This document shows positions 1 through 9,683 of a stretch of DNA of 34,139 nt, one piece after another. A program made the translations under genes and the position numbers. Below the pieces are notes generated by a model, which had not been told where the DNA came from, searched no databases, and saw only the letters and a list, made by a program, of their open reading frames with translations. Numbering within the stretch: position 1 is the first letter of the stretch; every line of letters begins with the position of its first letter. Source of the stretch: Minisyncoccota bacterium (lineage in GTDB: Bacteria; Patescibacteriota; Minisyncoccia; Phycocordibacterales; GCA-2747955); contig CALGNJ010000049.1 of the NCBI GenBank assembly GCA_937958705.1, positions 1 to 34,139 on the forward strand. The letters are read 5' to 3'.

Positions 1-759
1 GTTTTGTGTGTCAGTCCACGTGTCCACCGCTGTACCTGTGAGTCCTAGGCCTACTGTATCGTTTGCTCGCAACCATAATGCTAAATCAGTGTCGATACCT
101 CCAGGTGCAACAGTCAATGACTCTGTGACAACCGGCCTGAATCCCCCTGCCCCTGGCTCTCTCCACACAATCGTTTGCACACTTGTTGTTTCAAGCACAC
201 CCCAATTTGCACCTGACCCGACAGATGTTCCTGAATCAGAACCAGTTGCAGTTGTCCCTGTGGCTGTAATAAATCCACCTGCTGCAGGACCTGGTGTAAA
301 TATCCAATCGGTTCCATCAGTAGTAGCAACTGATGGTTGAAACGAGCCTGTTGCTGGTGTTTGCCACACAAAGCCATCACCAACAACCATAGGTTCCAAC
401 CTCATATCAACCGGTGCAGAAAAAGTAATAGTAACTGTAATATCATTATCGTTTACCGTGTTAATGATGTCGAAATCTCCATCAGACTCAATATCAAGTG
501 TGTGAGCACCAGTATCAGCACTACTGGTCACTGTCCAGGTTGTGCCGCTCGGTAAAGTACCTGTAGAAGTGGTTAGATATATATCACTTGCCGCATGTAG
601 CACTGCCGTCTGATATCCTCCAAAAGAAATACCAGAGATAATATATTCTCCGTATGGAAAAAATGAAAATATTCCGATCAATAAAGCCAACAAAAGTTGC
701 TTGCAAGAAAAAGAAGCTACGTTAATAGATCTTCTTCCAAGCTGGAAAATATAGTACAT
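1..759 (-). CDS. 5' part of a large secreted/surface protein (runs off the window start)
   Basis: Hand translation from ATG at 759 is open to position 1 (253 codons; absent from the ORF track because there is no stop). MYYIFQLGRR... has a hydrophobic N-terminal stretch, T/G/S/D-rich beta-type sequence, and ends in APGGIDTDLALWLRAND...VDTWTD, a motif type seen in ConA/LamG-like modules of large surface proteins. Confidence 0.75.
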   Translation of the reverse strand, partial: MYYIFQLGRRSINVASFSCKQLLLALLIGIFSFFPYGEYIISGISFGGYQTAVLHAASDIYLTTSTGTLPSGTTWTVTSSADTGAHTLDIESDGDFDIINTVNDNDITVTITFSAPVDMRLEPMVVGDGFVWQTPATGSFQPSVATTDGTDWIFTPGPAAGGFITATGTTATGSDSGTSVGSGANWGVLETTSVQTIVWREPGAGGFRPVVTESLTVAPGGIDTDLALWLRANDTVGLGLTGTAVDTWTDTQN

Positions 760-947
760 AGAGATAATGGATTAATTACTAAATAAACTACAAACTACTG
801 GTTTGTTACTGTAAATACTACACTCTTTATTTTTTTTGTGAACTATACAAACAACTCATAGTATGGAATAAATAACTACATGCCCGAATGTATGGAAAAG
901 CCACATTTTTTCGTCTTTTTTCTTTGTAGGGTGCATGGTAAAAGTTT

Positions 948-1955
948 TTATAAAAATTTGTGTATTACTTTTTTTATCTCACCCTCTTGCTCACAAATAC
1001 TCTTATGAAGTGCTATTTGTCCCCTCATGCGTGCTAGGTTGTGATCTCTTCGTGTGACATACCTTTTCTTGTTGTATCCAAAATAGTTATCTGCAAAATA
1101 ATCATTACAAAACCGAATAGCAAGCTCAAGTGTAATGAGCTTGATTGATTGCATCAAAAAACCAACCTCTTGTGTATCGAGAGTGTGTTCTGAAAAATAA
1201 CCATCAATAGCTGATTTAAAATAATTACTATTAAATGTATTTTCTGGATTGTCTTCTTCAAGACCACACCAGGACCTAAATGCGTCACCTAGATCAAATA
1301 ACAGAGAGGCACTCGAACAGGTATCAAGATCTATCAGTGCAAAAGCTTTTTCCTCTTTAAATAAAAAATTAGAAATTTTTGGGTCACCATGAATCACTTT
1401 TATAGGTAACGTGCCCGGGAGTAATAGTCCTGAGACTCTCTCTTGTAGATACATAACTTCATCTTGAATATTCGCTGCAAGATCTGAATGCTCGTCCAGG
1501 TGGCTGGTAAATATTTCTAAATACTCTTCGGTAGGGTGATTCGGGCGACCACTCTTAAAAGCATGTTGCAAATCTGACATCTCTCGGTGAAAAATACCAA
1601 GCTGTTTCCCCGCCTCATAAGCAACTTTTTCATTACCCACTATTTCATAACTGCTACCTCCTAGATATGATTGCGCTCTCCAAACCATATCTCCAAACTC
1701 TGTGAGTAAATCATTATCTTTGTTTTTAATAACTTCTGGTGCAACAAGCCCCTTCTCTAAAAGATGCTTTGTGACTGCATCCATGTCCTCTGTTATTGAA
1801 GGAGAAGAAAGAAACTTATTGAGCGATTGAAAGATGTATTCCCTGCTGTCTTCGGTTATCTTATATGTTTGATGGATCAAACCAATCGCTATTGGCTTAA
1901 TTACCACCTCTTCTAGTGTCAGTGAGTATGCGTGGAGTATTTCATCTGGAATCAT
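948..1955 (-). CDS. APH/choline-kinase-like phosphotransferase (N-acetylhexosamine kinase-like)
   Basis: GLIHQTY glycine loop, HGDPKISN catalytic motif, LIDLDT metal-binding motif. Confidence 0.85.
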   Translation of the reverse strand: MIPDEILHAYSLTLEEVVIKPIAIGLIHQTYKITEDSREYIFQSLNKFLSSPSITEDMDAVTKHLLEKGLVAPEVIKNKDNDLLTEFGDMVWRAQSYLGGSSYEIVGNEKVAYEAGKQLGIFHREMSDLQHAFKSGRPNHPTEEYLEIFTSHLDEHSDLAANIQDEVMYLQERVSGLLLPGTLPIKVIHGDPKISNFLFKEEKAFALIDLDTCSSASLLFDLGDAFRSWCGLEEDNPENTFNSNYFKSAIDGYFSEHTLDTQEVGFLMQSIKLITLELAIRFCNDYFADNYFGYNKKRYVTRRDHNLARMRGQIALHKSICEQEGEIKKVIHKFL

Positions 1956-2123
1956 CTGTTTATTCTATCAGCACCCTTTACTATTATCTACAAACTATGT
2001 GTAGGTATCTTTTATGTATATAACGTGCTACAGTGGCATTATCAATATAGAGCTGTAGAGTTGTTCGGAGGTCGTTTTTATAGTATTTCGTTTTGGTACA
2101 TTACCAACCTAATCATAAAAACT

Positions 2124-2318
2124 ATGACACAAGGAACAATCGCAAGAATTACAGACAAAGGATTTGGATTCATCTCTCGAGAGGGAGAAGAAAAAGACCT
2201 TTTCTTCCACATGAACGAATGTCAAGACTTTAACGCTCTAACAGAGGGTCAAACTGTCTCATTCGATGTTGAAGAAGGACCAAAAGGTCTAAACGCTGTA
2301 AACGTAGCAGCTGCGTAA
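2124..2318 (+). CDS. Cold-shock protein (CspA family), 64 aa
   Basis: MTQGTI...KGFGFI (RNP1), DLFFH (RNP2), EEGPKGLNAVNV. True start is ATG 2124, not the 1932 start in the ORF track. Confidence 0.95.
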   Translation: MTQGTIARITDKGFGFISREGEEKDLFFHMNECQDFNALTEGQTVSFDVEEGPKGLNAVNVAAA

Positions 2319-2332
2319 TAAACGCACACAAT

Positions 2333-2360
2333 AAAAGAGCGGCCGTACGGCCGCTCTTTT
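2333..2360. terminator. Bidirectional intrinsic terminator
   Basis: Perfect palindrome AAAAGAGCGGCCGTACGGCCGCTCTTTT between convergent genes. Confidence 0.85.
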
Positions 2361-2372
2361 GTTTTAACCTAA

Positions 2373-4193
2373 CTATTCTGTAACAACCAAGAACCCTTCT
2401 ACATTCCTAAATTCCATAACCGCTCCATCTTCTATCTGCGCGCTTACTCCAACAAGATACAGAACTCCTTGTTCAAACGTAATAGCATGTGGTGGATTAT
2501 CACTAGAAAATCCAAAGCTACTCGTCTCGTCAAATATAAACTCACTCAACTGTTTTGTAATATCTTCTTGGTCTTGTATCCCTGACTTCAAAAAATTGAT
2601 AGTCACTCGATTACCTGCTGTTACACCAAATGGAGTCTTCTTTTCGGTGTATGATTGAATATTAGTAACAGATTCTGAATCGCGTGTATCAATAGTAAAC
2701 CCAGAATGACTTGCGTACCAAGACCTCATAGTTTTCTCATTATTGCCTCTTGTAGACCTCACATATTCAGGAAGACCAATATATGAGAGTAACGCTGAAG
2801 AACCCGCATATGAAGACTCTGTATCTTTTAGAATTGTGTTGTATGAATCACCAACCAAGTCCTTAAGACTCTCACAGCCATGATTTGCACAAATGTACGC
2901 GACAGTAGAAACCATACTATCTTGATCGTCCCGCGGTATGTTTTCAAGCCGTTGCGTAGAAAGTGTCTCCAGTCCTTCCTTGGTTATGATACCGTGAACG
3001 GTAAACAAATTCTGTAACTTATTTACTTGGGATCGCTCAGAGACAGCAAACATGCCCCATGGGCCAGTAAGAACTATGAGTAGCCCAACAAACAATGATG
3101 CTGGCAACACAAACAGCGACTTCTTTCTTGAAAAGATGTAATACAAACATAAAAAAGAAATCCAAACTCCAAACGCGACTACCAAGTATCTATTAATGGT
3201 AAACCCATGTTGCGCGATACGTAAACCAATTGCATAAAAAAGCATAACCATTTGAGGTGCCAGGACATACGGGAACCACTTTCTAAAAATCGAGACTAAT
3301 TGCTCATCTCGTACTTGATATGAAAAAAAGAACGTGATGAAACCAAAAAATGAAAAGATAATTACCATCCACGCAACCACTCCCTCTGGCCACTGGCTAA
3401 ATTGTAATAACACTTTAATTGAATATGCGTACAAAATAGCAAAATATATTCCTATAAACGGCAATGCTAGATACCGAATAACAAAACGTAAGAATTTCTT
3501 AAATACATCTCCTTGCATCTGGCTCACATGTATCTTTTCTGGGACATGCGAAAGAAAGTATACGGGTCCAATAAGTGTCATAGAAACAACCACCCATTGC
3601 AAATACCATTCATCAGATATTGAAAGTGAAAAGAGCGTATCGAGTGATGCTAGTGTTGCAGCACCTAAAATGAGTGAAAGTAGAGCAACCAAAACACCCT
3701 GACTTATTGCCAAAAGCTGTGAGAGTACGAAAAGATAAAATGGCTCATCTTCATAAGTATCAGTACAATATTCTCTCTGAAAACGAGCAGCAAAGGAACC
3801 TACAAGAATAAGAGCCATAATTCCAAATAAAGTAAATATAATCTCGAATGGAACAGCCTGAATTTGGTCTGGAATATAGAGATAGTACATAACACCACAC
3901 ACCACTACCAATACGTATAAAAACCCGCTCCACCAAAAACTCTTACCCTGCCAGGACTCTAGTCCTAAAACTAGTGCATATGAGAGCAGAGCGAGAAACA
4001 CAGAAGTTACAAGAGTTTTAATCAAGATACTATACTCAACAGCTTCATTTCCATAGTCAATATAAATCATGATGGTGCTCACACCAAACAGAACAAGTAA
4101 TGAAACGCTAGTCGCCGGAAATCTATAGACAATCCGTGTTAAGTCGTCCAGTGTAGTCTTGGGTTTTAGTTTGTTATATATTTTTTTAAACAT
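2373..4193 (-). CDS. Multi-pass membrane protein, DUF4153-like
   Basis: About 12 hydrophobic segments plus the RIAQHGFTINRY motif typical of this family. Confidence 0.75.
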   Translation of the reverse strand: MFKKIYNKLKPKTTLDDLTRIVYRFPATSVSLLVLFGVSTIMIYIDYGNEAVEYSILIKTLVTSVFLALLSYALVLGLESWQGKSFWWSGFLYVLVVVCGVMYYLYIPDQIQAVPFEIIFTLFGIMALILVGSFAARFQREYCTDTYEDEPFYLFVLSQLLAISQGVLVALLSLILGAATLASLDTLFSLSISDEWYLQWVVVSMTLIGPVYFLSHVPEKIHVSQMQGDVFKKFLRFVIRYLALPFIGIYFAILYAYSIKVLLQFSQWPEGVVAWMVIIFSFFGFITFFFSYQVRDEQLVSIFRKWFPYVLAPQMVMLFYAIGLRIAQHGFTINRYLVVAFGVWISFLCLYYIFSRKKSLFVLPASLFVGLLIVLTGPWGMFAVSERSQVNKLQNLFTVHGIITKEGLETLSTQRLENIPRDDQDSMVSTVAYICANHGCESLKDLVGDSYNTILKDTESSYAGSSALLSYIGLPEYVRSTRGNNEKTMRSWYASHSGFTIDTRDSESVTNIQSYTEKKTPFGVTAGNRVTINFLKSGIQDQEDITKQLSEFIFDETSSFGFSSDNPPHAITFEQGVLYLVGVSAQIEDGAVMEFRNVEGFLVVTE

Positions 4194-4208
4194 AGTCTTC
4201 TTATTTTA

Positions 4209-4841
4209 TCAGAGTCTATATAACCCTTTAATATTCATAAAGGATGTTTGATATAGGTCTTTTTTTTTGAAATAGGTCTTCCCCATGAGACCCTTAAACT
4301 CCTTTAAAGAATACAAGCACACTGGAACCTGTAAATTAAATCTGTCTTGCATCTCGGGAGATAGTTTTGCAAACCTATCTTTAATCGGGTCGTCTAGTCC
4401 ACCATATCCGTCCCCCATCGCTGAATCAATACAAGATACTGTAATGTATAGATATCCATGTTTAGTCATAATTTTTGGCAAGAACGTAATAACTTTCTCC
4501 GCCTCAGCGTGCGGTACATAATGTAAAACTCTTTGAGCCAGTACAAGTGAAAACGTACCGGAATCAGCAAAAGAATCAGTCTCAGAAATACTGCTTTTGA
4601 TGTAAGTAATTGGTTTTTTCAGCCCAAAAAGTGCATTTGCTTGATTGTAAAATGGAGCATAATCAACAATATCAACACATACGACCTCAAATCCCAACAG
4701 AGCAAGAAAAATGCCGATTCTCCCCTCGCCTGAACCTAAAATCAAACAACGTTTATTTTTCCACTCTTCTTTCATCACGAGTTTGATAATCTTCTTGTCC
4801 TGTTCGTCTAGTCTCTCCTTTGTTATGTCGATACTGTACAT
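4209..4841 (-). CDS. Class I SAM-dependent methyltransferase
   Basis: ILGSGEGR motif I, VVCVD acidic strand, VLHY motif. Start moved to ATG 4841, which follows TATAAT by 6 nt. Confidence 0.85.
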   Translation of the reverse strand: MYSIDITKERLDEQDKKIIKLVMKEEWKNKRCLILGSGEGRIGIFLALLGFEVVCVDIVDYAPFYNQANALFGLKKPITYIKSSISETDSFADSGTFSLVLAQRVLHYVPHAEAEKVITFLPKIMTKHGYLYITVSCIDSAMGDGYGGLDDPIKDRFAKLSPEMQDRFNLQVPVCLYSLKEFKGLMGKTYFKKKDLYQTSFMNIKGLYRL

Positions 4842-4864
4842 CAAAGCATTATACAAAATTTGAT

Positions 4865-4897
4865 AATAAAAAAACCAGGTGTAACCTGATTTTTATT
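4865..4897 (-). terminator. Intrinsic terminator
   Basis: A-tract, CAGG-tgtaa-CCTG, T-tract just past the stop of 4910..5392. Confidence 0.55.
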
Positions 4898-4909
4898 GCT
4901 ATAAGTAAT

Positions 4910-5392
4910 TTAAAGCATTTTTCCTCCGTTCAAGAAGTCTTGATATTCTTCAAGCTCATCCCATTTACCTTCATCAGCAAGCATAGCTTGTTCTGCCCAG
5001 GTAGATGGATCGTGCATTCGGAACCGATCTCCTGCATTGGTAAGAATTTCTTGTAGTCGAGATTTTGGTGCTTTTGCAAGCTCTGACCACGTCTTGATTC
5101 CTCCGTTGTGTAGAAGCTCTTCAATTTTTGGTCCAATACCCTCAACAATTTTAAGGTCGTCTTTTCGGACACCTTTTGGCATCATTGCTACTGGAGCAAC
5201 AGCTGCTGCTGGAGCTGCAACTTTTTTAAGCTCAGCTTCTAGTTCAGATTCATCACAGTGTTGGCATCCCCAGAATTCATTCATAACCCACCGCAATAGA
5301 TACCCAAGGATAGCCGCTACTATGAGCATAATGATGATTTCGCCGAAAGCATCTCCGCCTGTGTAGTTTTCAAATACGTTATTTTTAAACAT
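4910..5392 (-). CDS. Membrane-anchored helix-hairpin-helix protein (DUF4332-like)
   Basis: N-terminal TM helix; DDLKIVEGIGPKIEELL...TWSELA...HDPSTWAEQA...WDEL signature. Confidence 0.8.
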   Translation of the reverse strand: MFKNNVFENYTGGDAFGEIIIMLIVAAILGYLLRWVMNEFWGCQHCDESELEAELKKVAAPAAAVAPVAMMPKGVRKDDLKIVEGIGPKIEELLHNGGIKTWSELAKAPKSRLQEILTNAGDRFRMHDPSTWAEQAMLADEGKWDELEEYQDFLNGGKML

Positions 5393-5399
5393 ACTATTA

Positions 5400-5933
5400 T
5401 TAGTTATTTTCTACTGATGTGTATGCACAGTAGAGTCTATTAATATGATCTCGTGTTGTTTGGTACACGTACCCCGTTGGCGAAGAAAGTCCCCATGGCG
5501 CTAATACCTCCGACCTATATTTCTCCTGGAATCGCTCCACTGCCATCACATCACTTGAATCAAATACTCCATTGACCACTAGGTCTTCATTCTCGTACTC
5601 ATTCAAGAACTCTTCAAGTCGCCTCATATCCTGTGACGAATTGTTATATCCTTCTCGTAGGTATGTACTTAAATACGCATCACATCGAACAACTTTTTCA
5701 CGAGTAACTGTTTGTGTTTCAGTTGTTTGAACTGTTCTTGTTTGTGTATTTTCAATCGTATCAGTTGGTCTGTCTGCTACTTCATCATCAACGTCTTTGT
5801 TGATTGAAATAGTCGAATCAGTTGCAATAACTTCATCCTGACAAAATCCTTTGATACCACATACATACCAGTAAGATGAAATGAATACCCATATCACGAA
5901 CGCTCCTAACACTGTCCAAGTCCATTTATTCAT
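5400..5933 (-). CDS. Membrane-anchored peptidoglycan-binding domain protein
   Basis: N-terminal TM with WYVCGIKGFC; C-terminal DMRRLEEFLN...AVERFQ...PTGYVYQTTRDHIN resembles PG_binding_1. Confidence 0.7.
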   Translation of the reverse strand: MNKWTWTVLGAFVIWVFISSYWYVCGIKGFCQDEVIATDSTISINKDVDDEVADRPTDTIENTQTRTVQTTETQTVTREKVVRCDAYLSTYLREGYNNSSQDMRRLEEFLNEYENEDLVVNGVFDSSDVMAVERFQEKYRSEVLAPWGLSSPTGYVYQTTRDHINRLYCAYTSVENN

Positions 5934-6181
5934 AAAACTGATTTATCATTACTAATCAATGTTGCTCATCATATAATTATTTGACAATTATGTAAAATCT
6001 TATTTAGCAAAAAATATACAGAAAAGTTACATTTATGATGATTTGTTGTGTACAACATGTGTAAAACAACGCCCTGCCGTATAAATATCCGGGTTACTAG
6101 ACCAACAAAGTCACAAGTTCTTGTTCTATCTGGATGCAATTCCTTCTAGAAATTACATCTCGACATAAGAAAGATATAGTC

Positions 6182-6217
6182 GAATAAAAAAAGATGCAAA
6201 GCATCCTTTTTTTATTC
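6182..6217 (-). terminator. Intrinsic terminator
   Basis: GAATAAAAAAAGATGC-aaa-GCATCCTTTTTTTATTC hairpin after the stop at 6235. Confidence 0.65.
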
Positions 6218-6234
6218 TCCTTATCTTTCATTAT

Positions 6235-6669
6235 TTACGCGCCAGCAGGAAGAGATTCACAAACGATTCCATCTTTGTCTCCGTCAAGTCTATTCACATC
6301 AGTTCCACATGCTTCGTATACCTTTTGAGCCTCTGGTTGTGTTAAAAAGTCACTACAGTTGTAATCATAGTAATCAGCTTCTTGTGCATCACAGATAAGT
6401 CCAACGTTTAATAAGTTACCATCCTCGTCACGTGCAAGCATTGATTCTTTTAAAGAACCTGTTTCAAATAAAGTGGCTAAGTCAAAATCTGTATCTGCCA
6501 CTTCAAGCGCACCTGCTGTTACCGCCAGCCCCCCAGCAACAAGTGCAGTATTTTTAACCACCTTGTTATCACTTGTAAACCATACAGCTGCTAATATAGC
6601 GATAAGGATTAAAATAACTACTAGCCGTACATTCTTGTTTCCTCTCATTTTTTGTATTTTTTTGTTCAT
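6235..6669 (-). CDS. Excalibur calcium-binding domain membrane protein
   Basis: C-terminal DYNCSDF...EAQ...[12 protein letters not shown]; two N-terminal hydrophobic segments. Confidence 0.8.
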   Translation of the reverse strand: MNKKIQKMRGNKNVRLVVILILIAILAAVWFTSDNKVVKNTALVAGGLAVTAGALEVADTDFDLATLFETGSLKESMLARDEDGNLLNVGLICDAQEADYYDYNCSDFLTQPEAQKVYEACGTDVNRLDGDKDGIVCESLPAGA

Positions 6670-6686
6670 ATATATCTAATTACTAA

Positions 6687-7289
6687 CTATGCCTTTCTAC
6701 CTCTCAAAAACTTCTTCGCCATACCAAGAAAACCTAAGATCTTTGGTACATCATCAATAACACTGCCGTCGTTATCTAAATCCAACATTGACATAATTCC
6801 TGAATTTTTACCATCTTTTGACATCATCTTTGCTGCTCCACCAAGCATGGTTGAGAGCGTCTCTGAATCCATTCCAACTGCTTGTTTCTCCTTACCTAAC
6901 GCACCCAAGATAAGTGGTGCAAATGTAGACATCATCTTCATGGTTGAGTCTTTATCACCCCCTGTTTCCCTCTCGATGACTTGTTCCACATCTTGCGTCT
7001 TATCACCAAATACGTATCCAAGAATCTTAGCGCCATCTTGTTCTAAATCCCCACCCATCACTGAGTCCAGGTTATCAAAAATAGATCCGTCATGTTTGTT
7101 AAGTGCATTTGCTAGTTTACCCGCACCTTCAGGAGTCTTTGCATTTTTCGCCATAGCTCCGGTCATTGCTGGTGTCATCTTATTTAGGACCGTTTGTGCG
7201 GTCTTTGGATCAACACCTACCTCTCTGGCTACCTTTTCAACAATATCATCAGAAAAGTTACCTATCATTCCTTGTAATAAATTATCCAT
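6687..7289 (-). CDS. DUF937 family protein
   Basis: ALNKHDGSI, DGAKILGYVFG, APLILGALG, MLDLDNDGSVIDD motifs. Confidence 0.85.
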   Translation of the reverse strand: MDNLLQGMIGNFSDDIVEKVAREVGVDPKTAQTVLNKMTPAMTGAMAKNAKTPEGAGKLANALNKHDGSIFDNLDSVMGGDLEQDGAKILGYVFGDKTQDVEQVIERETGGDKDSTMKMMSTFAPLILGALGKEKQAVGMDSETLSTMLGGAAKMMSKDGKNSGIMSMLDLDNDGSVIDDVPKILGFLGMAKKFLRGRKA

Positions 7290-7374
7290 ATATCTGCGTT
7301 AGTTATTATAAAAAAATTATATCACGAAAAAAGGCCTCACATTTCTGCTTGGCCTCTTCTTGATTCATGGGGGG

Positions 7375-7530
7375 CTACTTGTATATACCACCACTGAATG
7401 CTCGATCCAGTGCTCCAACAAATGTCATTTGCTCCCTAATTGGAACTTCAGACACACTATCACGCAATTTGTTCTCGATTGTTTTTTTACCCAAAGGCAC
7501 GCCCGCTTTTGCTTCGACATCTTTACCCAT
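7375..7530 (-). CDS. Small hypothetical protein, 51 aa (below ORF-track cutoff)
   Basis: MGKDVEAKAGVPLGKKTIENKLRDSVSEVPIREQMTFVGALDRAFSGGIYK; GAGGAG 6 nt upstream; GGCC hairpin with U-tract downstream (~7327-7358). Confidence 0.5.
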   Translation of the reverse strand: MGKDVEAKAGVPLGKKTIENKLRDSVSEVPIREQMTFVGALDRAFSGGIYK

Positions 7531-7616
7531 ATTATTCTCCTCAACAAGTGATGTGTATAAACTATACCTATTTTGAGTAGAAATTCAAAGAGCGTTATAC
7601 ATGATAAAATGTCAGA

Positions 7617-8165
7617 ATGAAATACCTTTTGATAGGATTGCTTGTACTTCCCGTCTCGTTGCACGCATATGAAACGAAAGTCACAAGAATAGTGGATGGT
7701 GATACCGTCGTAGTAAATTTTGAAAATAAACAAGAAAAGGTACGAATCATAGGTATTAACACGCCAGAGTCGGTTGACCCACGTCGGCCAGTTGAGTGTT
7801 TCGGTAAAGAAGCCTCAAAAAAAGCCACTCGATTACTCCTTAACAAAGAAGTTATTCTAGAAAACTATCAAGAACGTGACAGACACGGAAGACTCCTTGC
7901 ATACATACGTCTCGAAGATGGAACTGATTTCGGTGAAACCATGATTAGTACTGGATATGCGTACTCATTTAAATCATACCCTCACAACAGATTATCTAAC
8001 TACAATCGATTAGAAAAGGAGGCTCGCTCAAATTCTCTTGGCTTATGGTCACCAGAGACATGTCTTACTACCGATACTACACAAGATATTCTCAAGGAAG
8101 AACGGATGACTCTTATCAAACAACTTATAGAAATAATAAAAGCGCTCTTGGAATTATTCTCATAA
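7617..8165 (+). CDS. Secreted thermonuclease (SNase-like)
   Basis: Signal peptide; RIVDGDT, VRIIGINTPE, DRHGRLLAY, EKEAR...GLW. Confidence 0.92.
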   Translation: MKYLLIGLLVLPVSLHAYETKVTRIVDGDTVVVNFENKQEKVRIIGINTPESVDPRRPVECFGKEASKKATRLLLNKEVILENYQERDRHGRLLAYIRLEDGTDFGETMISTGYAYSFKSYPHNRLSNYNRLEKEARSNSLGLWSPETCLTTDTTQDILKEERMTLIKQLIEIIKALLELFS

Positions 8166-8196
8166 TAAAAAATCGCCAATGGCGATTTTTATTTTT
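8164..8196. terminator. Bidirectional terminator
   Basis: AAAAATCGCCA-a-TGGCGATTTTT between convergent genes. Confidence 0.75.
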
Positions 8197-9581
8197 TATA
8201 ATCCAAGTGTCTCAATGTCAGCCCTGAACTTATTTGCACGTTTTACTACTGATTCCCCATACTGAAACCTAAATTTATACCAATTACCTCCTGCATAGTA
8301 CTTAGCTGCAGCGCAACGCTCTCTCAGAGTCTTCTTCGGTGATATATGAGCATTATTGTTTGCGTATGTAGTACATCCAGATGAGTAGTACAGATCACGC
8401 AGGAATGTTCCTGATGTTACAAACGCATCTTGATTATTAAATGGAGATACAGATGTTCCTGCTTTACCAAGAATTTTACCTGCCTTGTCTCGATACCCCA
8501 TCCATGTTGTTGGAATAAACTGTGCTGGCCCCATAGCTCCTCCGTATGAACCATCTCTAGGAATCGGACATGAAACCCGCTGAGTCTCTGGATTACGTCC
8601 AAGCTCCCTCATGAGCTGAAGATATGCAGGTTTTTGCTTTGGAGACATAACAGTCTTGCCTGTTTTTGGATGTACATAGTTATATGTACACTGGCCGATA
8701 TTTCCCCCAATCTGGTTGTTCCACCCAGACTCTTGGAAAAGTACCGATAAGATAAATGCCGCATCAACACCAAGTTCTTTCTCGTAAGGTCGAACTAAAC
8801 TAAGCGCATCGCCAAACTTAATAGAGCCACCATCAGCAATCTTAAATATTCTGCTTCTAATTTGTGCCTTTAAAGCTTCTTTTTCTTTAATCACCGCTGC
8901 GTATTCTCCCTCTTTCTTTTTAGATATATCCAATAATACTTTTTGTTCAGCGCGACGTTTTCTTTCAGCAAGTGTCTCAGCCTCCTTCTGACTCTTTAAA
9001 TCTCGCTCTCGTGATTCAAATTCGGCTAGTTCTTCTGTTTTTTCTTCTGTTTCCTCTTTAATTTCTTCTAGCTCTTGTGACGCAGAAGCAAGGCGCACCT
9101 TAATAACATCAAAGTTATTCCAATCAATGAAAAAGTCAGAAAGTGTCTTTTTTGAAAGGATTGCTTCTAAAAATGAGTAGTCATCAAGTTCGTTCTTCTT
9201 TCTGATAAGAGAGCTCATCGCTTCTTGAATTTTTTGCTCTTGAAGTTCTAACCCTTGTAGTTTCTTTTTCTCACCATTTATCTCTTTGTTAATTCGATAA
9301 ATTTCAATTTCTTTTGACTTAATGTACGCATTAGATTTTCTAATTTGCGAATCAATAGTTGAGAGATCTCGTGAGATAGACTGTGTTTGAGCTTTCTTGT
9401 TTTGCAGTGCTGACTTTTGAGCCGCAATCTCCTGATTACAAACATCGAAAATAGACTGTAGCTCAGCATCTGTGTAATTATCTAAATCCCCTAAATCATC
9501 ACATGATGAAGCAAATGCAAATGACGGAATTAATAAACAGAGTATTATTACTCTAAATAGATATGTGGTAGTTGTTTTCAT
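8196..9581 (-). CDS. Secreted coiled-coil protein with C-terminal lytic murein transglycosylase (SLT_2/MltB-like) domain
   Basis: Signal peptide, ~200-aa E/K/Q heptad region, catalytic QES, GGAMGPAQFIPTTW, AKYYAG. Confidence 0.85.
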   Translation of the reverse strand: MKTTTTYLFRVIILCLLIPSFAFASSCDDLGDLDNYTDAELQSIFDVCNQEIAAQKSALQNKKAQTQSISRDLSTIDSQIRKSNAYIKSKEIEIYRINKEINGEKKKLQGLELQEQKIQEAMSSLIRKKNELDDYSFLEAILSKKTLSDFFIDWNNFDVIKVRLASASQELEEIKEETEEKTEELAEFESRERDLKSQKEAETLAERKRRAEQKVLLDISKKKEGEYAAVIKEKEALKAQIRSRIFKIADGGSIKFGDALSLVRPYEKELGVDAAFILSVLFQESGWNNQIGGNIGQCTYNYVHPKTGKTVMSPKQKPAYLQLMRELGRNPETQRVSCPIPRDGSYGGAMGPAQFIPTTWMGYRDKAGKILGKAGTSVSPFNNQDAFVTSGTFLRDLYYSSGCTTYANNNAHISPKKTLRERCAAAKYYAGGNWYKFRFQYGESVVKRANKFRADIETLGL

Positions 9582-9630
9582 GTCACTTAATTATATCCGA
9601 ACTACAGACATTGTCACTCTTTTATCAACA

Positions 9631-9666
9631 TACAAAAAAACGAGCATACGCTCGTTTTTTTTTGTA
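9631..9666 (-). terminator. Terminator after rplY
   Basis: TACAAAAAAACGAGC-atac-GCTCGTTTTTTTTGTA. Confidence 0.75.
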
Positions 9667-9683
9667 TATCTATTATTGTTAGA

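Noticed and set aside
4206-4211. Recoded TGA (genetic code 25) suggested by a TGA-TAA double stop
   Set aside because: All conserved genes are full length under code 11 with no internal TGA.
5934-6181. Possible ncRNA or small ORF in a long intergenic gap
   Set aside because: No recognisable riboswitch motif, stable structure or credible start signal.
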